The position numbers and the translations under genes are program-made. From Bacteroidales bacterium (GTDB taxonomy: Bacteria; Bacteroidota; Bacteroidia; Bacteroidales; Lentimicrobiaceae), in contig JALHHH010000011.1 in NCBI GenBank assembly GCA_022837485.1, forward strand, positions 588 to 64,587: a stretch of 64,000 nucleotides of DNA. Reading direction: 5' to 3'. Below the pieces are notes generated by a model. It searched no databases. It saw only the letters and a list, made by a program, of their open reading frames with translations, and was not told the DNA's origin. Numbering within the stretch: the first letter of the stretch is position 1; every line of letters begins with the position of its first letter. Below are positions 17,691 through 25,962 of the stretch, in pieces.

Positions 17691-19673
17691 TTAGCTTTTA
17701 CCGTTCCTGTGAAATTCCGGCTCACACGATTTCATGTATTCGGTAGGGGTGCATCCGAAATATTTGCGAAAGGAACGGGCAAAATATGCCTGATCGCTGA
17801 AGCCCAGGGTGTAGCATATTTCCGAAACGGTACCCGATTTGTTCTTTAAAAGCTCTGCGGCCCGTTTCAGCTTGCAGGTGCGCATCAGTTCGCCTGCCGG
17901 AAGGTTGATCAGTGCGTTTAATTTTCGGTTAAGCTGTGAAACGCTCAGCGAAAGTTCGGATGCAAGGGTTTCTACTTTAAATCCGGAATCTTCCAGATGC
18001 TGGTGCACGATGGAAAATGTTTTCTCAAGGAAAGCCTTATCGGCAGGAATACCAGGTGCATCATCCGGCACGGAAAAACCGTTTCTCTCGTAATGCTCGC
18101 GAAGTAATTTTCTTGTATCCAGCAGATTTCTTATCCTGGCTCTGAGTTCCTTTACACTGAAAGGTTTGGTAATGTAGTCGTCGATGCCGTTTTCCAGTCC
18201 TTCAATCCGATCCTCCATCCTGGCCTTTGCCGTTAGAAGTATCAGCGGTATATGACTGGTAGCCGGGTGACTGCGGATTTCACGGCCAAATCTGAGCCCG
18301 TCCATCACCGGCATCATAACATCCGATATTATCAGATCAGGAACATATTTTTTGGCGGCTTCAAGTCCCTCCTCGCCGTTGCAGGCTTCAGCAATGCGAA
18401 AGTCCTTTTCTAGCTGCTGACGCGTGAACTGCCTGACATCATTATTATCCTCCACGATTAAAATCAGTTCACCGTTTTCGGGATGATAAATTCCGGCGTT
18501 GGCATCTGTCGTTTCTGCAGATTCACCGCAGTAAGGAGGTTCGGGATTGTATGAATCCGGACCATAAATCATGGTATCGCCGTTCAATTCCGGAACCGGT
18601 TCGCTGGTAATCACCGGAAGGCGCAGAACGAAGGCGGTGTACTCTCCATTTTTGCTGTAGGCATTAATGCTTCCCTTGTGTAAGCCGGCAAGCTCGCGGG
18701 TATGTGCCAGACCGATTCCGCTGCCATCGGCTTTGCGGCCTGGAGGATTTCCCGAACGGTAAAAACGGTTAAAAATAGCTGTCAGTTCATTATCGGGTAT
18801 TCCGAGACCATTATCTTCCACCCTGACCTCGGCTACACGATGGTCGAGCGCGGTGATAACCAACCGTACAAGGCCTCCTATGGAGGTATATTTAAGCGCA
18901 TTTGAAAGCAGGTTGTTCAGCATTTTGCCCATCTTATCCCGATCCATCTCAACAGAGATGCTGTCATCCTCTGAAGCGAAAACCATTTTTACTCCCCGGA
19001 CCTCTGCCTGAGGAAGAAAACACTGGAAAACGGCCCGGGCATAAGCAACCAGGTTGAACCGGGTTGACTGAAGCTGCATCTTACCTTCTTCAAGCATGGA
19101 GAGATCGAGCAATTGATTAACAAGTGTGAGCAACTGTCCTGCGCTGCGCCTTACCGACTCAATCCGTTTTCGTTCTTCGTCAGGAATATCGGCAGACAAT
19201 AGCGACTCCGTATTACCGCAAATCAAAGTGAGCGGAGTGCGGAACTCGTGCGACAAATTTGTAAAAAACTCCGACCTCAGCTCGTTCAGCTTTCGAAGGG
19301 ATTCCAATTCAACACGTTCGATCTCAAGCTGATTCTTAATTTTTATGCGTCCGATTTCGTATCGCCTCAGCAACAGAATCACTACCAGCAAAAACCCCAG
19401 GAAAAGGAAGATCATCAGTGTTTCATTTGTCCTGAGCATCTCAAACCCTGCCGTTGCCGAAGACGCAAGCGTTTGAGAAGCTGATAATAAAACAGAATCG
19501 GAAAGCTTTGAGGTCTCTTCGGTCAACTTACTGTATAGTTCTGCAGGATCAGATAAAACCGCGTTCAGAATAAAGGCTGGGAATAAAAGAATGGAAAGGA
19601 TTATCCCGGAAAGGAAGCGATTCGGGCGATTTGGCTTAATTTGCCTGTAACTGCTGTCGAAACCCATTCTCAA
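17691..19673 (-). CDS. hybrid sensor histidine kinase / response regulator with C-terminal AraC-type HTH (HTCS-like, short sensor region)
   Basis: Two N-terminal TM helices. H-box SHEFRTPLTLI. ATPase boxes LLSNALKYT, DNGLGIP, GSGIGLAH. Receiver ILIVEDNNDVRQF...DLIISDVMMPVMDG...LLTAK. AraC HTH ...QAYFARSFRKYFGCTPTEY. Confidence 0.85.
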   Translation of the reverse strand: MRMGFDSSYRQIKPNRPNRFLSGIILSILLFPAFILNAVLSDPAELYSKLTEETSKLSDSVLLSASQTLASSATAGFEMLRTNETLMIFLFLGFLLVVILLLRRYEIGRIKIKNQLEIERVELESLRKLNELRSEFFTNLSHEFRTPLTLICGNTESLLSADIPDEERKRIESVRRSAGQLLTLVNQLLDLSMLEEGKMQLQSTRFNLVAYARAVFQCFLPQAEVRGVKMVFASEDDSISVEMDRDKMGKMLNNLLSNALKYTSIGGLVRLVITALDHRVAEVRVEDNGLGIPDNELTAIFNRFYRSGNPPGRKADGSGIGLAHTRELAGLHKGSINAYSKNGEYTAFVLRLPVITSEPVPELNGDTMIYGPDSYNPEPPYCGESAETTDANAGIYHPENGELILIVEDNNDVRQFTRQQLEKDFRIAEACNGEEGLEAAKKYVPDLIISDVMMPVMDGLRFGREIRSHPATSHIPLILLTAKARMEDRIEGLENGIDDYITKPFSVKELRARIRNLLDTRKLLREHYERNGFSVPDDAPGIPADKAFLEKTFSIVHQHLEDSGFKVETLASELSLSVSQLNRKLNALINLPAGELMRTCKLKRAAELLKNKSGTVSEICYTLGFSDQAYFARSFRKYFGCTPTEYMKSCEPEFHRNGKS

Positions 19674-19940
19674 TCAATATGTTTACCCTATATGGATAAG
19701 ATTATTTCAACCCGCATTCCGGTTACGTCAGTATTTACCTGTAATTAAAAAATATCAACAGCCAATTTGCTCAATTGTTTCAAAAAGGAAGCAAATTGAA
19801 CCGCCGCAAGCCAACAAGATTACTTTATAATTATCCCAAGAGGTTTATTATAAAGATGTTAATTCTGCTCAAACTTTGTTGCAAAATGATTGTTTTTTTT
19901 ACATCCACCATCATTTACACCGAAAATAAACATATGTAAC

Positions 19941-20744
19941 ATGAAAAAGATCATCATTATCCTATCGATCCTTCCGGTATTGCTCCTTCCCCTTATTACC
20001 TCGTCGTATTCGGGCGGAGATCACAATTCCAGGACTCCCTCTGGAGCCCCTGCCGGACATACAGGCTCACCCGGCGACGGCAAAAACTGCACCGTGTGTC
20101 ACGGAGGCACGGCCACTCCGGTCAGCGGAATTCTCTCATCCGATGTTCCGGCAACGGGGTACATCGCCGGAGAAACCTACAACTTCACCGTTACCCTTAC
20201 AGGTACCGGCAGAAAAGGCTTTCAGGCCTCACCCCAAAACGTTGAGGGAACCCTTCTCGGCTCTTTGACCGCAGGAACCGGTTCGCAGCTCGTCGGGTTC
20301 AACAACAAATACATTACGCATTCTGCAGCACAAAACACGGCAACGGCCAGCTGGACGTATCAGTGGACAGCTCCGGCCATTCCGGGGACAGGCGACGTAA
20401 CCATGTACATCGCCGGAGTAATCTCCCAACCCAACGTCAGACTCTCCTCCCTGCTGCTGAAGGAAAACTATTCCATTGGCATCAGCGACACCCCGGACTT
20501 CATCACCGGAATTTACCCTAACCCCGGACGCGATGTGCTGTTCATCGAAATAAACCTTCCGGGAAATAATGTAGTAAAGGCCGACATTTTCACCTTGTCG
20601 GGACAGCATACCGGGATAACGGCCACTGAAAATCCGGGTTACGGCACGAATACCATAAAAATAAACCACAGTCTGCAATCGGGAACTTATGAGTGTACTA
20701 AAAGAATAAATCGGAACAAAAACGCTTTCCACCTTAATTATTAA
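19941..20744 (+). CDS. small secreted protein with a single CxxCH motif and a T9SS-like CTD
   Basis: The ORF is open from 19890. The preferred ATG at 19941 gives signal peptide MKKIIIILSILPVLLLPLITSS. It has the motif GHTGSPGDGKNCTVCHGG, a beta-rich middle, and the C-terminal stretch GIYPNPGRDVLFIEINL...IFTLSGQ. The final strand is atypical. A terminator follows at 20754-20796. Confidence 0.6.
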   Translation: MKKIIIILSILPVLLLPLITSSYSGGDHNSRTPSGAPAGHTGSPGDGKNCTVCHGGTATPVSGILSSDVPATGYIAGETYNFTVTLTGTGRKGFQASPQNVEGTLLGSLTAGTGSQLVGFNNKYITHSAAQNTATASWTYQWTAPAIPGTGDVTMYIAGVISQPNVRLSSLLLKENYSIGISDTPDFITGIYPNPGRDVLFIEINLPGNNVVKADIFTLSGQHTGITATENPGYGTNTIKINHSLQSGTYECTKRINRNKNAFHLNY

Positions 20745-20753
20745 CTTTAATGC

Positions 20754-20796
20754 ATGCAGGGATGTCCCCGAAACTGGCCATCCCTGCATTTTTTAT
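20754..20796 (+). terminator. intrinsic terminator after the CxxCH protein gene
   Basis: ATGCAGGGAT (20754-20763) / ATCCCTGCAT (20780-20789) form a 10-bp stem followed by TTTTTTATT. Confidence 0.75.
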
Positions 20797-20929
20797 TCCC
20801 GATGAAAAAAAACGCGTTTAAGCCATTTTTTTTTATTTAGCTGTACACTTATTTAATACTTTTATTAAGTTTACATCGGAATTCATCGAATCTGCCGGAC
20901 CAGGCAGGGAACCACTCAACGTTATCGTT

Positions 20930-23900
20930 ATGTCAGGAAGGCTATTCGCATTTTTGCTTATGATTGGCATCTCGCTCCAATCCCATGCCCAGGAGTTCAC
21001 AGTAAGAGGAACGGTCACCGCTGCGGACGACGGACAATCGCTGCCCGGGGTGAGTGTGGTGATTAAAGGAACCACACGTGGTACGTCCACCGATGTGGAA
21101 GGACGCTATGAGCTTACGGTTCCTTCGGGCTCTGAGGTACTGGTATTCAGTTTCATGGGCTTTACATCGCGCGAAATACCGGTCAGCGGCCGCAGGGTGG
21201 TTGACGTCTCTCTCTCCCCCGAAGCACAGCGGCTTGATGAAGTAGTGGTTACGGCACTTGGCGTGAAGCGCGAAAAGCGTGAAATAGGATATTCGTCGGA
21301 AAAAATCAGTACCGATGAAATTGTGCGATCCGGAACTGCCAACGTTCTCGGAGCCCTTTCGGGAAGAAGTGCGGGTGTGCAGATCTCGCAGGGCGATGGC
21401 GTAGAAGGCGGTTCTACCCGCATCGTTATCCGCGGCAACAACAACCTCTCGCGCAACAACCAGCCGCTGATCGTGGTCGATAACGTACCTCTCGATAATA
21501 TTTCCGGGCTCGACAACATAGGCCGGGGGGTCGACTGGGGCAACGGCATAGCCGATATAAATCCTTACGATATAGAAGATTACACCGTATTGAAAGGAGG
21601 AGCTGCTTCTGCCCTTTACGGTGAACGCGGTGCCAACGGAGTAATCCTGATAACCACCAAACGAGGAAAAAGACAGGAAGGTCTCGGGGTTACCTATAAT
21701 TATAACGTAAAATTCAGCAATCCATACCGTTACCGGGAAGTGCAAAACAAATACGGTCACGGAGGACCAGTCTCGCTTACCGAACCCGCTTTCCCCGTGG
21801 ATGAGGAGGGCACTCTGCTCTATCCAGGCATTTATGGCAACGATCAGCTTATCATCGATCAGGAAGGAACCACTTCCACCACTTCACAGGAGTTTGGATA
21901 CTACGGTTCATCCGTATCATGGGGACCCGAAATGGCCGGACAAATGGTTAAGTGGTGGGACGGAGAGATGCGCAGCTACACCCCTCAGCCCGACAACCTG
22001 AAGATGGCTTTCCGCGACGGCATCACCCAAACCCATAACGTTGCCGTTCAGGGGGGCAACGAAAAGGGAACGCTGAGGCTTTCCCTCACAAACCAGGATC
22101 ATACCCCGATAATCGAAAACAGCAACTACCAGCGGACTACCTTAAACTTCGGCACCAACATCAGAATATCTGAAAAACTGAGGGCCGATGCCACCCTCAC
22201 GTACGTGAAATATAAGAGACTGAACAGTCCGATGATTGGTGAAGACGCCAATTCCTTCAGCAAGGGATTTCTCTATTCCTGGCCAAGGAGCTATCAGGGG
22301 ATAGACCGTGAGATGTACCAGATGCCGGACGGTTCGCGCAACCTGTTCGACGGCTACCCCTTCCTGTACATCGATCGGTACATGTGGTGGAACTATTACA
22401 ACAACAACACCTGGCAGGATCGCGACAAATACACCGGAAGCATCGCCCTGATGTACGACATCACCCCCTGGCTGAATGCCACCGGTCGCATCGGACGCGA
22501 TTACACCGTAGAACAGTTTACTTCCAAAAACAAACCCATCGATTTTATCGGACTGCAGGGTGGAGGATACAGCAACAGCCTGGAGAAGATCACCAACGAC
22601 AATATGGAATTTCTGGTAACCGCACACAAGCGCAATCTGATGGGCAGCGGACTAAGCGTAAGGCTAACCGCCGGAATGAGCCGCTGGGATTACAATGCCT
22701 ACGGCCTCTCGGGAGCTTCGGGTACATGGTACTATCCCAACATGTACACCTTCTTCAACTACACGGAATACAGCTACATAACCGATGAAGAGGGCAATGT
22801 AATCGTAGTGGGGACCGGCAATCCCGCTTCCGAAATGATACCCGGAGAATCCATCCGCAGGCAAAGAGCCAATGCGGCCTTCAGCTTCCTCAACCTCAGC
22901 TACCGCGATTACCTCTTTCTGGAACTGACGGGACGCAACGACTGGTCGTCGACCCTTCCCGAAAACAACAACTCCTACTTCTACCCTTCCGCCTCTCTCA
23001 GCTTTATCGCCACCGAAGCCTTCCCCATTCAGGACAACGTTCCCTGGATCAATTTCCTGAAGATACGCGGAGGCATCGCGCAAACTGCCAACAGCGCCGC
23101 AGCCTATCAGAAAAACTTCTACTTCAACACCGGCATCTTCGGCGGACAGCAGGCGTCGTTCCTGCCCGACACCATTCCGCCTTTCGAGCTGCGACCGCAG
23201 TTTGTTACTGGGTACGAAGCCGGAATTAATCTGGGAATGTTCGACAACCGCATCGACGTGGACTTCACCTGGTATTACAAACATTCTTACGATCAGATAC
23301 TTGACCTCCCTATACCGGTCAGCTCCGGAGCATATAACCTCACCATCAACAAAGGGGAATTGTCGAACCGGGGGTTTGAATTTATCATCAACACCGTACC
23401 GTTACAAGCCCGGCGAACCATCGTAAAAGCCGGTCTCAACTTTTCACGCAACCGCAACCACATCGTCAGCCTTGGCGGTTTTTCGGGGAGCTATCTGCTG
23501 GCCGACATCTGGGGACTCAACGGTCCGGCCATGGAGCTGTACGAAGGCGACGAATACGGAACCATTTCCGGATACGACTATGTGTACGATGCAAACGGGA
23601 ACCGCATCCTGAACGATGCCGGCACACAGTATAAAATTACCGACACCCGTGTTCCGGTGGGCAATGCCTCCCCGCATTTCATCGCCGGATTTACCTCGGA
23701 GCTGATCTACAAAAACTTCCGCTTGTCGACACTTATCGATACAAAGTGGGGCGGCGACATATACTGTGGATCTTATGTGATCGGCCTGCAAACCGGGCAA
23801 AGTCCGGAAACCCTGCTCGAACGCGAGGGCGGTGGACTTCCGTATACGGATCCGGACGGCATTACGCGCAACGTGGGGATAATACTGCAAGGAGTGTATG

Positions 23901-24250
23901 AAGACGGAACACCCAACGACAAGGTGGTACATTATTATTACAAATACCTGCCGAATGCCGGTGGATGGGGAAAATTCCTGACAACGCCGGGAATTCTGGA
24001 AAACACATGGGTAAAAATGCGAGAAATTGCACTGAGCTACACCCTCCCCGACCGCATACTGCAAAAGACAAAGATATTCCAGAGCCTTACCCTTTCGGTA
24101 GTAGGACGCGATCTGTTCTATATTTACACTACGCTGCCGGATAAGATCAACCCCGAAGGCATCATGGGTTCGGGAAATGCCCAAGGATTCGAATGGGCTT
24201 CCTTCCCTGGAACAAGGGCATTCACATTCGGCGCAAGTGCAACGTTCTGA
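20930..24250 (+). CDS. SusC/RagA-family TonB-dependent outer-membrane transporter
   Basis: 1106 aa. Signal peptide, carboxypeptidase-regulatory-like domain (FTVRGTVTAADDGQSLPGVSVVIKGTTRGTSTDVEGRYEL), plug region (VVVTALGVKREKREIGYS) and terminal aromatic ...FGASATF. Confidence 0.9.
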   Translation: MSGRLFAFLLMIGISLQSHAQEFTVRGTVTAADDGQSLPGVSVVIKGTTRGTSTDVEGRYELTVPSGSEVLVFSFMGFTSREIPVSGRRVVDVSLSPEAQRLDEVVVTALGVKREKREIGYSSEKISTDEIVRSGTANVLGALSGRSAGVQISQGDGVEGGSTRIVIRGNNNLSRNNQPLIVVDNVPLDNISGLDNIGRGVDWGNGIADINPYDIEDYTVLKGGAASALYGERGANGVILITTKRGKRQEGLGVTYNYNVKFSNPYRYREVQNKYGHGGPVSLTEPAFPVDEEGTLLYPGIYGNDQLIIDQEGTTSTTSQEFGYYGSSVSWGPEMAGQMVKWWDGEMRSYTPQPDNLKMAFRDGITQTHNVAVQGGNEKGTLRLSLTNQDHTPIIENSNYQRTTLNFGTNIRISEKLRADATLTYVKYKRLNSPMIGEDANSFSKGFLYSWPRSYQGIDREMYQMPDGSRNLFDGYPFLYIDRYMWWNYYNNNTWQDRDKYTGSIALMYDITPWLNATGRIGRDYTVEQFTSKNKPIDFIGLQGGGYSNSLEKITNDNMEFLVTAHKRNLMGSGLSVRLTAGMSRWDYNAYGLSGASGTWYYPNMYTFFNYTEYSYITDEEGNVIVVGTGNPASEMIPGESIRRQRANAAFSFLNLSYRDYLFLELTGRNDWSSTLPENNNSYFYPSASLSFIATEAFPIQDNVPWINFLKIRGGIAQTANSAAAYQKNFYFNTGIFGGQQASFLPDTIPPFELRPQFVTGYEAGINLGMFDNRIDVDFTWYYKHSYDQILDLPIPVSSGAYNLTINKGELSNRGFEFIINTVPLQARRTIVKAGLNFSRNRNHIVSLGGFSGSYLLADIWGLNGPAMELYEGDEYGTISGYDYVYDANGNRILNDAGTQYKITDTRVPVGNASPHFIAGFTSELIYKNFRLSTLIDTKWGGDIYCGSYVIGLQTGQSPETLLEREGGGLPYTDPDGITRNVGIILQGVYEDGTPNDKVVHYYYKYLPNAGGWGKFLTTPGILENTWVKMREIALSYTLPDRILQKTKIFQSLTLSVVGRDLFYIYTTLPDKINPEGIMGSGNAQGFEWASFPGTRAFTFGASATF

Positions 24251-24297
24251 CCGTTTTGCTCGAAATCAACCGATTTAAAACATCCGAAAACGAGACC

Positions 24298-25917
24298 ATG
24301 AAATTTAAAAACATACTTATCCTGGCAACCATATCTCTTCTGTTTACTTCCTGCCGCAAAGACTTTACGGAAATCGACACCAATCCGCAGGGCTTTACAT
24401 CGGCCAGCGACGGATCCCTTTTCAATGGAGTGATACAGTCGCTCATGCTCACCTGGAACGAACAGTTTTACATCAACAACGAAATTCTTTATGCCCAGAC
24501 GCAGCAGGCCGCACTCACCAAAGCAGCATGGGGCAATTACACTCTGGGCACCGAAGACCTGTGGTCGAACTACTACAAAACCCTGCCCTCCATCCGGGAG
24601 CTGGAGAAACGCTTCAGTGGATACCCTGCCTCTGCTGCTGTAACCAACATGAAGGCCATGCTTACCATCGTAAAGGCATACAAAACCTTCAAGCTCACCG
24701 ATATGTTCGGCGACATACCATACAGTGAAGCAGGATACGGCTATCAAGATCTCTCAAAACTCTATCCGGCCTACGACCGACAGCGCGACATTTACCTTTC
24801 ACTGCTTGCAGAACTGCAAACGGCCGCGGCAAGCATCAACGATACGGCAAAAGTGGCGGAACCCTTTGCCTCCTTTGCTAATTTCGATAAGCTGTTCAAC
24901 GGCAACCTGCTGATGTGGAAAAAATTTGCCAACTCACTCCGGCTCAGGCATGCCCTGCGGATGTCGGAAAAGGAGCCCGCTCTTGCCGCCGTAATAATTG
25001 GTGAGATACTGGAAAACAACCTGCCCGTACTCAACGGGTACGACTTTCTGAGCCTGGCACTGGAGAGCGCCTGCATATGGCCTGCCGCCAACGGTATCTC
25101 GAATCCAAGCCTGAGCTGGTCTTTTCGCGAGCACAACGGACTCCGGATGGGTTCAAACATATGGAATCAGTTTTCCACCTCAAACGATCCTTCCGGTTCC
25201 GGCATCTTCGACCCCAGGGCTTACATCTTTTTCGAAGGCGATCAGGATGAGCGATGGATCCCCTATCCCCAGCTTCCCGATCCGGGAACCCCTTCGGCGC
25301 AGGGCATTCCGTATGGAAGTCACCGCGACGACATGGGTAACTATCACATCAAAAATAACGTCAACTACTCTCCGTTCAACTTCTTCATCATCGCCGATGA
25401 AAACAACCTGCCCATCATTCTAATGACCGGGGCGGAGGTTCACTTCATCAAAGCAGAAATTTATCTCAGGGGAATTGGCGTTGCTGCCGACCGCGATCTG
25501 GCCGACATCGAATACATGAACGGCATTCAGGCCTCGGTGGAATGGTGGAAGCGAAGAGCACAGTCGATGCGTCTGCCGCTTTCGGGAGTCCGCTTCAGCG
25601 ATAAAATAACCATTCCATCAAACCTTAGTACCGTATCTATTCTGAATCAGCGCTTTGGATCCTGGTATGCGGAGACCGACGAGCAATTGCTGGCATTCAT
25701 TCAAACGCAGCGGTGGATCGATGCCTTCCGTCAGCCCTGGGAAGCCTATGCAGAAGTCAGGCGCACCGGCCTTATTCCGAGGGAAGGCGATGTCCTGTCG
25801 CACTACCGCATGCCCTATCCTCCTTCGGAAGCACAGTACAATGCAAACAACATGAATGAAGCCATCGGCAGGCAGGGAGGCGACGGTCCGGGAACCAAAA
25901 TATGGTGGATTCCCTGA
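24298..25917 (+). CDS. SusD/RagB-family nutrient-binding outer-membrane lipoprotein
   Basis: The preferred ATG at 24298 gives lipoprotein signal MKFKNILILATISLLFTSC. It starts 47 nt after susC and is a ~540-aa helical protein. The family call rests mainly on context and general resemblance. Confidence 0.8.
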   Translation: MKFKNILILATISLLFTSCRKDFTEIDTNPQGFTSASDGSLFNGVIQSLMLTWNEQFYINNEILYAQTQQAALTKAAWGNYTLGTEDLWSNYYKTLPSIRELEKRFSGYPASAAVTNMKAMLTIVKAYKTFKLTDMFGDIPYSEAGYGYQDLSKLYPAYDRQRDIYLSLLAELQTAAASINDTAKVAEPFASFANFDKLFNGNLLMWKKFANSLRLRHALRMSEKEPALAAVIIGEILENNLPVLNGYDFLSLALESACIWPAANGISNPSLSWSFREHNGLRMGSNIWNQFSTSNDPSGSGIFDPRAYIFFEGDQDERWIPYPQLPDPGTPSAQGIPYGSHRDDMGNYHIKNNVNYSPFNFFIIADENNLPIILMTGAEVHFIKAEIYLRGIGVAADRDLADIEYMNGIQASVEWWKRRAQSMRLPLSGVRFSDKITIPSNLSTVSILNQRFGSWYAETDEQLLAFIQTQRWIDAFRQPWEAYAEVRRTGLIPREGDVLSHYRMPYPPSEAQYNANNMNEAIGRQGGDGPGTKIWWIP

Positions 25918-25962
25918 TAGTTTATACCTTAATTACACCGAAACAACCAAACACACCATAGC

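Noticed and set aside
20690-20744. Possible frameshift truncating the CTD of the CxxCH protein (odd ending GTYECTKRINRNKNAFHLNY).
   Set aside because: Neither alternative frame gives a more canonical CTD ending: one stops after ELMSVLKE and the other stops immediately. A strong terminator follows the annotated stop, so it is left as an intact but divergent C-terminus.
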